A DNA stretch of 64,000 nt from Gammaproteobacteria bacterium (GTDB lineage: Bacteria; Pseudomonadota; Gammaproteobacteria; JAKEHO01): assembly GCA_027296625.1 (NCBI GenBank), contig JAPUIX010000153.1, positions 8,034-72,033 of the forward strand. Reading direction: 5' to 3'. The notes beneath the pieces are model-generated. The model saw nothing but the letters and a program-made list of their open reading frames with translations. It searched no databases and was not told the DNA's origin. The position numbers were made by a program, and so were the translations under genes. Shown here in pieces: positions 31,832-41,455 of the stretch (positions are counted from its first letter, which is position 1; each line of letters opens with the position of its first letter).

Positions 31832-32545
31832 GTGATCCCGCTGCATGACGACAATCCAACCAGCATCCCGCCGATTGTTACCGTAAGCCTCATTGGAACC
31901 TCCATCCTCATCTTCCTGTGGCAAGTTGCGCTTGGCCCTGATGGTTTTCAACGCATTGTTCTCAGTCTAGGATTAATTCCCAGCGTTTTATTCGACGAGG
32001 CCAAGTTACCCGGCGAGCTTGCACTGGTCCCGCCTGAAGTGACGGTTATTAGCTCCATGTTTCTCCACGGAGGCTGGATGCACTTGCTTGGAAATATGCT
32101 GTACCTGTGGATATTTGGTAACAATGTGGAAGACGCGATGGGACATAGCCGCTTTCTGGCCTTTTATTTCCTCTGTGGTATCGTCGCAGCATTAGGCCAG
32201 GCAATGGGAAACCCAACGTCGACCATCCCGATGATTGGGGCGAGCGGTGCCATTTCTGGCGTCCTCGGCGCATATCTTTTATTGTATCCCCACGCCCGAA
32301 TCCTGGTTTTGGTCCCCATAGGCATCCTATTAACAACAGTCTCTATGCGCGCATTCTGGGTGCTCGTGTTCTGGTTCGTTCTACAACTACTCTATTCAGC
32401 GATGAGCGACTCTGATGCCGGTGGCGTCGCATGGTTCGCCCATATCAGCGGCTTCATTGCAGGTATGGCTTTCATCCCGCTGTTTAAATACCGAAAGGTG
32501 CACCTATTTAATCCTCCGCATCGAAACCCGCAAAGCTACCAGTAA
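31832..32545 (+). CDS. rhomboid family intramembrane serine protease
   Basis: 237 aa. Catalytic GASGAISG serine motif and downstream His in a TM helix. HLLGNMLYLWIFG motif. Confidence 0.8.
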   Translation: MIPLHDDNPTSIPPIVTVSLIGTSILIFLWQVALGPDGFQRIVLSLGLIPSVLFDEAKLPGELALVPPEVTVISSMFLHGGWMHLLGNMLYLWIFGNNVEDAMGHSRFLAFYFLCGIVAALGQAMGNPTSTIPMIGASGAISGVLGAYLLLYPHARILVLVPIGILLTTVSMRAFWVLVFWFVLQLLYSAMSDSDAGGVAWFAHISGFIAGMAFIPLFKYRKVHLFNPPHRNPQSYQ

Positions 32546-32547
32546 CG

Positions 32548-33426
32548 ATGCTGCCTATGTTGACGAGCATCTCAGTCATCATCCCGACACATAATCGAGC
32601 GAGACTTCTGCGGCGTGCCTTGGACTCTGTCTATAAGCAGACACGCCTGCCGAACGAAGTAATTGTAGTCGATGACGGTTCTACGGACGGAACGGCAAGA
32701 TGCGTGCATGAATGCAATCCGAAAATCCGTTACCTACGACAAGACAGGAAAGGCGTTAGCGCAGCTCGCAACCTGGGAATTCAACAATCGTTGGGAAAAT
32801 GGTTAGCATTTCTTGATTCCGATGACGAATGGCTGCCAAGAAAACTCGAAAGGCAACTTGCTGGACTTACGGATCCCCCACAACATCGAATCATTCACAC
32901 AGATGAAATCTGGATCCGCCATGGCCGGCGGGTAAATCCGATGCACAAACATCGTAAGTACGGAGGCCAGGTCTTTAAGCACTGTCTGCGACTTTGCATC
33001 ATCTCGCCTTCGTCGGTGATGATCCACCGCTCCATCTTTGACCAGATCGGATTATTTGACGAATCCCTGCCAGTTTGTGAAGACTACGATCTCTGGCTTC
33101 GGATAACCGCCGAATTGCCCGTCCTATATATCGATGAACCTCTGACCATCAAGTACGGAGGACATGTGGACCAGCTGTCCCGGAAATACTGGGGAATGGA
33201 TCGCTTCCGAATCCGGGCACTGGACAACATTATCAAATCCAATCACCTGCGTCCGGATGATAGGCGCGCAGCGATCGACATGCTCGATGATAAAATTCAG
33301 ATTTACCTAAACGGTGCACGGAAAAGGAGTAAGGTGAAAGAAATCGCTGAATTTCAGGCGATCCGAAGCCGGTACTTGACCGAAGATACAACGAATAAAA
33401 GGCCATTGATGTCCATACTTGCTTGA
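32548..33426 (+). CDS. family 2 glycosyltransferase
   Basis: 292 aa. N-terminal SVIIPTHNRARLL...VIVVDDGSTDGT and a DxD-type motif (FLDSDDEW). Confidence 0.8.
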   Translation: MLPMLTSISVIIPTHNRARLLRRALDSVYKQTRLPNEVIVVDDGSTDGTARCVHECNPKIRYLRQDRKGVSAARNLGIQQSLGKWLAFLDSDDEWLPRKLERQLAGLTDPPQHRIIHTDEIWIRHGRRVNPMHKHRKYGGQVFKHCLRLCIISPSSVMIHRSIFDQIGLFDESLPVCEDYDLWLRITAELPVLYIDEPLTIKYGGHVDQLSRKYWGMDRFRIRALDNIIKSNHLRPDDRRAAIDMLDDKIQIYLNGARKRSKVKEIAEFQAIRSRYLTEDTTNKRPLMSILA

Positions 33427-33929
33427 TAGGTAAAATCTCGCCGATGAGCACATCATCGCTAAACGCCATACGCAACTATTATCGTCTGACAGACACCATT
33501 GGCACGGCGGGCCAGCCTGAAAAAGCACAGTTCGCAGATATTAAAGAAGCGGGATTCGAACTTATTATTAACTTAGCCGAGGCCAATTCGCCGCATGCGA
33601 TACTCAATGAAGAGGAACTGGTCCTATCCAACGAGCTTACCTATACGCACATACCCGTTGCGTTTGACGATCCAACACTGGAAAAACTGGAGCAGTTTTT
33701 CGATGTAATGGATGCGAATAGGGGGAAAAACATTTTTGTGCATTGTGCGTTGAATATGAGGGTGTCCGCGTTCATGTGTCTATATCAGGTTATTCGACAA
33801 AGAATACCTCTTGATCGCGCCCTAGCAGGGCTCCATAAAGTTTGGCAGCCTGACAGCACGTGGCAAGCATTCATTACTGCGGCCTTGCAAAAATACCCGC
33901 TGATGGACAGCACGTCTGAAAGTCAATGA
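33423..33929 (+). CDS. phosphatase-fold protein (DUF442/TIGR01244-like, dual-specificity phosphatase-like)
   Basis: 168 aa. Cys-containing P-loop-like segment (IFVHCALNMRVSA) in a PTP-like fold. Family assignment is tentative. Confidence 0.45.
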   Translation: MIGKISPMSTSSLNAIRNYYRLTDTIGTAGQPEKAQFADIKEAGFELIINLAEANSPHAILNEEELVLSNELTYTHIPVAFDDPTLEKLEQFFDVMDANRGKNIFVHCALNMRVSAFMCLYQVIRQRIPLDRALAGLHKVWQPDSTWQAFITAALQKYPLMDSTSESQ

Positions 33930-34741
33930 TCCATCTCATCGTCGCGCTGCGCTCAGAGGCTAAGCCCCTCATCGATCACTTTAACCTGAAGCGCAATCGC
34001 AAGTGCACACAACTTCCAGTCTTTGAAAAGGATGAGCTCACCCTGACTATCTCGGGCATCGGCAAGCGGGCCGCTGCCGCTGCTACGGACGCATCGCGGA
34101 GCGACCAGGGAACAAAAGGCATCGAGGCCTGGCTAAACATTGGCGTGGCCGGCCACGCGGAATATGCGGTTGGTCGAGGACTATTGGCCCATCGCGTCAC
34201 GGACATCCAGAGCAGACACAATTGGTATCCGCAGATTACCTTTAAACCGCCGTGCTCTACAGATGACGTGTGTACTGTCGATAACCCTAATACAACCTTT
34301 CGAGATCCTGGTGTCTATGACATGGAGGCCTCTGGGTTTTATGCAAGTGCCATTCGTTATTCCACCGCGGAGTTGGTTCACTGTTACAAAGTCATCTCCG
34401 ACAATCGGAAGACGCCCGCTACGCATCTCTTCAATAAAGCCGTCCCAGGTCTGATCGAAAAGAATCTCAATACGATCAACCATATCATTGCTCAGTTACA
34501 AGCCTTGGAAACTGAATTAAATAAGCTCAGCTCAAATCCAAAAGGATTCGACGCATACCTCGATCGCTGGCATTTCACATTCTGCCAGCGAAACATCCTT
34601 CATAATTTGCTACAACGGGTAGAAGTTCTTGCGCCGGATTATGATCCGTGGTGTGAAGGGCTAGAAGACCTAACCACAAGTGCCGAGATCTTGCGGTTCC
34701 TACAAGCACGAATCGATACGCTACCCGTGAACTATGGCTGA
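33926..34741 (+). CDS. nucleoside phosphorylase / nucleosidase family protein (MTA/SAH nucleosidase-like)
   Basis: 271 aa. N-terminal pattern IVALRSEAKPL...TISGIGKRAAAAAT...NIGVAGH parallels the MTA/SAH nucleosidase family (IGIIGAMEEE...SGIGKVAAA...NTGSAGG). Confidence 0.55.
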   Translation: MIHLIVALRSEAKPLIDHFNLKRNRKCTQLPVFEKDELTLTISGIGKRAAAAATDASRSDQGTKGIEAWLNIGVAGHAEYAVGRGLLAHRVTDIQSRHNWYPQITFKPPCSTDDVCTVDNPNTTFRDPGVYDMEASGFYASAIRYSTAELVHCYKVISDNRKTPATHLFNKAVPGLIEKNLNTINHIIAQLQALETELNKLSSNPKGFDAYLDRWHFTFCQRNILHNLLQRVEVLAPDYDPWCEGLEDLTTSAEILRFLQARIDTLPVNYG

Positions 34742-34752
34742 CGCCCTTAGCT

Positions 34753-35751
34753 ATGATCGACACGATCTACATAGAACGCGAAGTTGCAGCCCATCCAAGA
34801 GCCCAACAGATCTGCGCGCGGTTTCCTGAAGCTGTTCAAATCGCTTGCGATCGTTACAGCGAGGTATTTAATCGCAAGGCCCAGAACTTCCGCTTACAGA
34901 AGCGCCGTCCCGCATTAATTCTCGCTAACAAGTTTGATCATTATATCCTAGAGGCACCAACAGATTATGGAATTGGCAGTGAATATAATTTTTATTTCTC
35001 CCATATGCTCAATTGCCTGTACGACTGCCGTTATTGTTTCCTGCAAGGTATGTTCCGATCGGCGCATTACGTCGTGTTTGTTAATTACGAGGATTTCACA
35101 GATGCCATTGCCAAGAAGATGAAACAACTACCGGATAAGGATGTCTTTTTCTTCTCTGGGTATGACTGCGATAGCCTCGCGCTTGAACCGATTACTGGGT
35201 TTGTGGATCATTTTCTTCCATTTTTTAGAGGCTTGCCCAACGCTTGGATCGAGTTGCGAACAAAGAGTACTCAGATACGGCGGCTCATGGCCTTGGAACC
35301 CGTCAAAAACTGTGTTGTCGCCATGAGCTTCACACCAGCTGAACTGGCTACCGTCCTTGAACATAAAACGCCGTCTGTGGATCGGCGCATTGAAGCAATG
35401 GCACAACTTCAAAAACGTGGCTGGAAGCTTGGAGTACGGTTTGACCCATTAATATTTCATGAAGACTATAAGGAACAGTATCGACGCCTTTTTGACCAGG
35501 TATTCGAAAAAATTAACGCGGATAGCCTGCACTCTGCAAGTTTAGGCTCATTCCGCCTTCCGCGCCCATTTTACCGAACTATGTCTCGCCTTTACCCTGA
35601 CGAAAAACTTTTTGCCGCCGCTTCCGAAGACGTTAATGGCATGATTTCGTATCGTAAATCGCTTAAGGAAGAGATAGAAGCGTTCTGCGAAGAAGCGTTG
35701 TTAGGTTACATACCGCGACAAATTTACTTTCCGTGCAGGAAAGCAATTTGA
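34753..35751 (+). CDS. splB: spore photoproduct lyase-family radical SAM enzyme
   Basis: 332 aa. Colinear with Bacillus SplB (my recollection of SplB): IYIEREVAAHP vs VYIEPRALEYP. Radical SAM CLYDCRYCFLQGMFRSAHYVVFVNYEDF vs CMGHCHYCYLQTTMGSKPYIRTYVNVEEI. Also RIEAMAQLQKRGWKLGVRFDPLIFHEDY vs RIEAAVKVAKAGYPLGFIVAPIYIHEGW. Confidence 0.75.
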   Translation: MIDTIYIEREVAAHPRAQQICARFPEAVQIACDRYSEVFNRKAQNFRLQKRRPALILANKFDHYILEAPTDYGIGSEYNFYFSHMLNCLYDCRYCFLQGMFRSAHYVVFVNYEDFTDAIAKKMKQLPDKDVFFFSGYDCDSLALEPITGFVDHFLPFFRGLPNAWIELRTKSTQIRRLMALEPVKNCVVAMSFTPAELATVLEHKTPSVDRRIEAMAQLQKRGWKLGVRFDPLIFHEDYKEQYRRLFDQVFEKINADSLHSASLGSFRLPRPFYRTMSRLYPDEKLFAAASEDVNGMISYRKSLKEEIEAFCEEALLGYIPRQIYFPCRKAI

Positions 35752-35784
35752 TCGCTCGCTGTTTCCATAGAATTCGCAAAACCC

Positions 35785-37275
35785 ATGCTTGAGGATAGAG
35801 CGACCATTATCCTCACGTTCGTCGTTTATGTAGTTATCCTGCTTACGATTGGATGGCTTGGGTATCGTCGGACCAGAAATCTTGCCGACTATATACTCGG
35901 CGGCCGCAGATTAGGCCGATGGGTCAGTGCGCTCAGTGCCGGCGCATCCGATATGAGCGGCTGGTTATTGCTCGGCTTGCCGGGTTATGCCTACCTTGCA
36001 GGTTTCGAGGCCGGGTGGATAGCCCTGGGGCTCCTTATCGGTACCTATTTGAACTGGCGAATTGTTGCCGCCCGCCTGCGTGCATACAGTGCTGCCGCGG
36101 ATGATGCGCTGACCCTATCCGAGTTCTTCGAGCATCGGTTTGAGGACAACACAAAGGTATTGCGGGTGGTATCGGCGGCTTTTATCCTGCTTTTCTATTT
36201 TTTCTACACGAGCGCTGGACTCGTTGCCGGCGGAAAATTGTTTGAAACGGTCTTTGACATGCCCTATAGGTGGGCCGTCGCAGCAGGGACGGGGGTGATC
36301 CTGCTGTATACGTCGGTGGGCGGATTTTTGGCGGTCTCCTGGACGGACCTGGTCCAGGGCCTGTTGATGGCACTGGCGCTTGTTGCCGTGCCCATCGTGG
36401 CCATCATCCAGCTCGGTGGGTGGGAGGCGATGATCGGTGCCATGAGCGACAGCAACCCTGCACTACTTGACGTGTTCACATCCAGCGATGGGAATATGAT
36501 CACGGCCATCGCAATCCTCTCTTTGCTCGGCTGGGGGCTTGGCTATTTCGGACAACCTCATATTCTGGCCCGATTCATGGCCATTCGTTCAACACAAGCG
36601 GTTGCAGGGGCCCGTCGCATTGCTATCAGTTGGACAGGGTTAACGCTGATGGGCGCCATACTCGTCGGTGTCGCAGGCATTGGTTACCTTACAAACGCCC
36701 CGCTTGAAGGCGCCAATGTTGAAACGGTATTCATGGTGCTCGTCGAGGCATTTTTTCATCCCATACCAGCGAGCATCTGTCTAGCGGCCATTCTTGCGGC
36801 CATCATGAGCACGGCAGACTCCCAATTACTTGTGTCGTCATCCGCTTTGGCCGAGGACTTCTATAAGGCGCTGTTCAGAAGAAATGCAAGCGAGCGGGAG
36901 CTCGTGAGAGTTGGGCGGGCCGCCGTGATTCTCATCGCTGTCATCGCCTTTGGATTGGCCCTTGACCCGAATAGCAAGGTGCTTGAACTCGTTGCATACG
37001 CCTGGGCCGGGTTAGGTGCTGCCTTCGGACCCACGCTGATTCTGTCACTTTACTGGAAGCGTATGACTCGCATTGGGGCTTTAGCCGGCATTATAACCGG
37101 TGGTCTTACCGTGATGATTTGGAAACAACTCCAAGGCGGAATCTTTGATCTCTATGAGCTGGTGCCCGGCTTTGCATTGTCTTTTCTTGCGATTATCATT
37201 GCCAGTCTCGCGAGTCGCCCACCAGGCGCGAAGACGCTGAATAAATTCGGCTCCATCACCGCCGAGATACGTTAA
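35785..37275 (+). CDS. putP: sodium:solute symporter (PutP-like sodium/proline symporter)
   Basis: 496 aa, 13 TM helices, SSS-family pattern. Specificity for proline is inferred only. Confidence 0.7.
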   Translation: MLEDRATIILTFVVYVVILLTIGWLGYRRTRNLADYILGGRRLGRWVSALSAGASDMSGWLLLGLPGYAYLAGFEAGWIALGLLIGTYLNWRIVAARLRAYSAAADDALTLSEFFEHRFEDNTKVLRVVSAAFILLFYFFYTSAGLVAGGKLFETVFDMPYRWAVAAGTGVILLYTSVGGFLAVSWTDLVQGLLMALALVAVPIVAIIQLGGWEAMIGAMSDSNPALLDVFTSSDGNMITAIAILSLLGWGLGYFGQPHILARFMAIRSTQAVAGARRIAISWTGLTLMGAILVGVAGIGYLTNAPLEGANVETVFMVLVEAFFHPIPASICLAAILAAIMSTADSQLLVSSSALAEDFYKALFRRNASERELVRVGRAAVILIAVIAFGLALDPNSKVLELVAYAWAGLGAAFGPTLILSLYWKRMTRIGALAGIITGGLTVMIWKQLQGGIFDLYELVPGFALSFLAIIIASLASRPPGAKTLNKFGSITAEIR

Positions 37276-37322
37276 CGATAGAGTGTGCTAAAAGAACAGC
37301 ACACAATCATGATGGCATCCTG

Positions 37323-37721
37323 ATGCCGAGCATTGAACGCATCGAACCCAAAAGCGAAATAACACACTATAATGTACCCAAAACGTGTCAGGAGTTACGT
37401 CAGTCTCTCATGAGACTTGAGCACTGGAACACAGAAACCGACGGGGCATTGACGGAAGCAGCTTTCCGAGATAAGTTGCTGGCATTAGGTTATGACGTTT
37501 TCCATTACGTTTATCCACCCGGCACATATTTTCCTGACCATACCCATGAAGTCGACAAAATCGACGCAATTCTATCCGGCCGATTCCAGATGGCCATAGA
37601 AGGAAAAACGATCATTTTGGAGGCGGGTGACTATCTCTTCGTCCCGAAAGCTACTGTACACAGTGCTGAAGTGATAGGAAATGAGCCAGTTGTAAGCCTT
37701 GATGCAGTCAAAGCCCGGTGA
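37323..37721 (+). CDS. cupin domain protein
   Basis: 132 aa with cupin His motifs (HTHEVDKIDAILSG...VPKATVHSAE). Confidence 0.6.
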   Translation: MPSIERIEPKSEITHYNVPKTCQELRQSLMRLEHWNTETDGALTEAAFRDKLLALGYDVFHYVYPPGTYFPDHTHEVDKIDAILSGRFQMAIEGKTIILEAGDYLFVPKATVHSAEVIGNEPVVSLDAVKAR

Positions 37722-38083
37722 CGTATCCGCATTTGATTATGAAGATTACGGACTACTCGTTTGGAAAGATTGATATCGACGGAAGGGCGTATACGTCAGA
37801 TGTCATCATTTATCCTCAAAGGGTCGACTCATCCTGGTGGCGAAATGAAGGACATCGCCTGCAGATCGAAGACCTCCACGATGTCGTCGAAGCAAAACCC
37901 AACGTTGTGGTGATCGGAACGGGTTACTTCGGGCGGATGGACGTACCCGATCAAACAAGGACATTCCTAGAGTCACACGGCATCAAAGTCCATTCAGCCC
38001 GGACCAGCGAGGCAGTAAAGCTATTTAATAAGCTGCAACAAGATGCAGCAACCATCGTAGCAACCTTACACTTGACCTGTTAA
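37718..38083 (+). CDS. Mth938-like domain protein
   Basis: 121 aa. Pattern ITDYSFGKIDIDGRAYTSDVIIYP...VVVIGTGYFGRM fits the Mth938/DUF498 family. Confidence 0.55.
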   Translation: MTYPHLIMKITDYSFGKIDIDGRAYTSDVIIYPQRVDSSWWRNEGHRLQIEDLHDVVEAKPNVVVIGTGYFGRMDVPDQTRTFLESHGIKVHSARTSEAVKLFNKLQQDAATIVATLHLTC

Positions 38084-38127
38084 GGCTTGCGCACGAGGGC
38101 GAGCTCTACGGATGTCTTGTTTCTCGT

Positions 38128-38697
38128 TTATACCCTGTGCCGAGACTCACCGACCTCGATGCCGCCTGCGATTAGGTGGGCTGTACGTAATGGTTCCGGA
38201 ATCTTACTGTTTACGGCTAGGCGCCAGATGAGTTCACGGGCTGCCTCACGCGAAATACCCACCCGTTGCACGTAGACGCCAGCCGCCGGTTCAACTGGAC
38301 CCCCACGCTTGATACGCGCCCACTTGGCACGTCCGCCTCGCACATTATTGAGCAACGCCTTCTGAATAATCTCCATATTCGGCGCCCTACGGACGATGGC
38401 CATAACTGCGGTCTGCAATTCCTTGTTCAACCGTTTGAGGTCAACCACGTTAAAGCCAGCAAAGGCGATCCCCTGAATCATGATCGCCTGAATATGAGCA
38501 TGGAACCGCGACTGTGAGACAAGCTCAATCAACGTACGCGTTGCGTTGACCCCATCGCGACGCACCTTGCCGCTTAATACACCCTCAAGGCGTAATCCCG
38601 AATACACCGCTCCGACCACCCGGACATTCCCTCGATGATTGGGTGGAAAGGGCGCATCATCAAAACCGATTACATGGGAAATTGTCTCTTGACCCAT
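38128..38697 (-). CDS. DUF99 (UPF0215) family protein
   Basis: 189 aa. N-terminal VIGFDDAPF motif and overall size match the mainly archaeal DUF99 family (RNase-H-like fold). Confidence 0.45.
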   Translation of the reverse strand: MGQETISHVIGFDDAPFPPNHRGNVRVVGAVYSGLRLEGVLSGKVRRDGVNATRTLIELVSQSRFHAHIQAIMIQGIAFAGFNVVDLKRLNKELQTAVMAIVRRAPNMEIIQKALLNNVRGGRAKWARIKRGGPVEPAAGVYVQRVGISREAARELIWRLAVNSKIPEPLRTAHLIAGGIEVGESRHRV

Positions 38698-38857
38698 CGA
38701 TCACACACTCGGAAATCTAAAACGTCATCACCATTCTTAAGCCTGATTAGCTGATTATCTAAGGCTAGCGTCTATTTGGCAAAATAAGGCCAGTAGATAG
38801 CGGGAAAGCGATCTCACACCTGTCCATCCGCTGGTTAATTAGCGTATGGACGGCATC

Positions 38858-39301
38858 TCACTCATTAATTGGTTGGAGCACAAGATCCAAATGGATCTCC
38901 GCGATGGGGTCTCTTCCTACCCATTGGGTAACGAGCGTCCGGTAGCCCTCGGAACTGACAATAAAATGAATATGAGGCACTGCAGCGCCAGGCCACTCTG
39001 TCTCAAAACGGTATGCGCCCTCCACATCGGAGTACAGATAGGCCCGTAGCCGATCGGTATAGAATCCCTCTGTGTTCGTCTGCCAGTGTTCGATCTTGGC
39101 GCCCACTATCGGCCGGCACGTCGTTGCCTCAAGGACACGCCCGCTGACAAAGAGCCCAGTGCTGATATCTACCTTAAAACGGGCGCCGTCCTTGTGGTGA
39201 GTCCCCATAGCCATTGTTGGCGTGGGCTCGCACTGCTCTGCTTCTGCCGCCACCCAGGGGCAAAGCGTCAAAACAATCAAAACCCATCGGCTCAAGCGCA
39301 T
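38858..39301 (-). CDS. exported intradiol-dioxygenase-like domain protein
   Basis: 147 aa. Signal peptide. Motif SGRVLEATTCRPIVGAKIEHWQTNTEGFY...PHIHFIV resembles the intradiol ring-cleavage dioxygenase core (VEIWQAN..G.Y...HIHF). Confidence 0.5.
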   Translation of the reverse strand: MRLSRWVLIVLTLCPWVAAEAEQCEPTPTMAMGTHHKDGARFKVDISTGLFVSGRVLEATTCRPIVGAKIEHWQTNTEGFYTDRLRAYLYSDVEGAYRFETEWPGAAVPHIHFIVSSEGYRTLVTQWVGRDPIAEIHLDLVLQPINE

Positions 39302-39562
39302 TTCATTCTCCTCCTACGTGCTGCTGCTAAAAAAATACATACAGACTCTTTAATCAATAGATTATACGATCTCATTTATGTAAAACATGACAATCTTACG
39401 GCGTGGTACCGACTTATCTAACGAGCTCAGCGCATGGCTTCTCGTCCCACCAAGCCGCCAAGTCGGTCCCCATTTACCTGCCACTCTGAAAACACCCTCT
39501 CGGAGCCAGTAACATAAAGAATTCCGTGCGCTTCAAGAACACCCAGGAGAATCGACACGACC

Positions 39563-41380
39563 ATGGCACGTCCTTCCCGTAATCGACCACTTTTGATTTA
39601 CGACGGTGACTGCGGATTTTGTCGATACTGGGTACGTTACTGGGACAAACTCACGGGAGAGTCCATTGAATACAGACCCTATCAAGCTGTTGCACGCGAA
39701 TTCCCTGACATTCCACCTCACGACTTCGAGCATGCAATTCAGTTCGTCTCCCCGGACGGAGAAATTTGCAGTGGTGCCGAAGCGTCTTTTAAGACACTGA
39801 GTTACGCAAAGGGAAAACAGTTCTGGCTGCGGCTCTACAAAAAGCTTCCAGGCTTTGCCTGGATTTCTGAGTTCGCCTACCTGTTTATCTCACGCCACCG
39901 ATCGCTATTCCACCGACTCTCCATTTTGTTGTGGGGTCCCGAGTTGGAACCAGCGAGTTTTACGATTGTAAACTGGACGTTCCTGCGGTTACTTGGTTTG
40001 GTTTATTTATGCGCATTTATTTCAATTGGGATTCAAATATTGGGACTCGTCGGCAGCAACGGCATCATTCCATTCCACGAATACCTTGCTCAATTGAAAG
40101 GCGAATATGGAATCGAACGATATTGGCGAGTACCAACTTTATTCTGGCTAAATGCCAGCGATTTTTTTCTGCAATCTATTTGCATCCTAGGTGCTATTTT
40201 ATCCTTGTTCATCGTTTTTAATTTCCTGCTACGCCTGTCCCTAATCGCAACCTTTATTCTCTATTTGTCACTGTTCTATGCAGGGCACCTATTTATGGCG
40301 TTCCAATGGGATCTCCTGCTTTTGGAAGCAGGTTTTCTCGCAATTCTTCTGTCGCCAGCTTCACACATCGTTGTGTGGCTGTATCGTTGGCTTCTGTTTC
40401 GCTTTATGTTGCTTTCAGGCGCCGTAAAATTATTGAGTAATGACTCTACTTGGGCTGACCTCAGCGCGTTGAATTATCATTACGAAACGCAGCCACTGCC
40501 GACATGGATCGCGTGGTACGTGCATCACTGGCCGGCTTGGTTTCACACCGCATCTGTGGCTGGCACTTTCGTAGCCGAGCTGATTATTCCATTCTTCATT
40601 TTCGCTCCCAGAAGGATCCGATTTATTGCAGGCTACGTTATTATACTTTTCCAGCTCACAATCATCCTTACGGGCAACTACAACTTCTTTAATTTATTAA
40701 CGATCGGATTATGCGTCTTTCTATTTGACGACGCCTTTCTCAGACAATTCACCCCAAATTCGGTCCAACAAATAATTCACCGTTGGACTCAATCAGGCGT
40801 AGTTTCGAAGGCGTATACGGGTTTTGTAGCAGGAATAGCATGCGTCATTATCTTTATCAGTGGATTTCAGCTCTGGAGTACCGTGACTAAAACGCCGGCG
40901 CCCCATTTTGCTGCTGCAGTGACAAAGCTGTTCGATCCGTTTATGGTAGTTAACCCATACGGGCTATTTGCAGTGATGACCACCACGCGGCCAGAAATTA
41001 TCGTGGAGGGATCATATGACCGCAAAAACTGGCGCGAATACGAATTCAAATACAAGCCAGGCAGCCTACAGAGACGCCCACAATGGAATATTCCCCATCA
41101 GCCGCGGCTAGACTGGCAGATGTGGTTCGCAGCACTTAGCGATCAGAGCCGAAATCCGTGGTTTGGGAACTTTCTTTTTCGCTTATTACAGAATTCTCCT
41201 AATGTACTCGATCTCTTAGAGAAAAATCCTTTTCCAGAAAAGCCACCAACCTATGTAAGAGCCCTCCTCTATGAGTACAAATACGCTGATCCACAATTGA
41301 GACGGGAACATGAACAGTGGTGGGAGCGCGAGTTTATGGGAATCTATTACCCGCCCATTCAACTGAGAAAACGCAGATAA
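39563..41380 (+). CDS. DCC-family thiol-disulfide oxidoreductase domain fused to lipase maturation factor (LMF)-like membrane domain
   Basis: 605 aa. N-terminus LLIYDGDCGFCRYWV is the DUF393/DCC motif. The remainder is polytopic membrane protein with LMF-family character. Confidence 0.6.
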   Translation: MARPSRNRPLLIYDGDCGFCRYWVRYWDKLTGESIEYRPYQAVAREFPDIPPHDFEHAIQFVSPDGEICSGAEASFKTLSYAKGKQFWLRLYKKLPGFAWISEFAYLFISRHRSLFHRLSILLWGPELEPASFTIVNWTFLRLLGLVYLCAFISIGIQILGLVGSNGIIPFHEYLAQLKGEYGIERYWRVPTLFWLNASDFFLQSICILGAILSLFIVFNFLLRLSLIATFILYLSLFYAGHLFMAFQWDLLLLEAGFLAILLSPASHIVVWLYRWLLFRFMLLSGAVKLLSNDSTWADLSALNYHYETQPLPTWIAWYVHHWPAWFHTASVAGTFVAELIIPFFIFAPRRIRFIAGYVIILFQLTIILTGNYNFFNLLTIGLCVFLFDDAFLRQFTPNSVQQIIHRWTQSGVVSKAYTGFVAGIACVIIFISGFQLWSTVTKTPAPHFAAAVTKLFDPFMVVNPYGLFAVMTTTRPEIIVEGSYDRKNWREYEFKYKPGSLQRRPQWNIPHQPRLDWQMWFAALSDQSRNPWFGNFLFRLLQNSPNVLDLLEKNPFPEKPPTYVRALLYEYKYADPQLRREHEQWWEREFMGIYYPPIQLRKRR

Positions 41381-41455
41381 CTCTCGCGCGCGTCATCATC
41401 CGTGACCCACTTTGGTCAGATGAATTAAAACCGCTGTCGGATAAATTCTACACCA

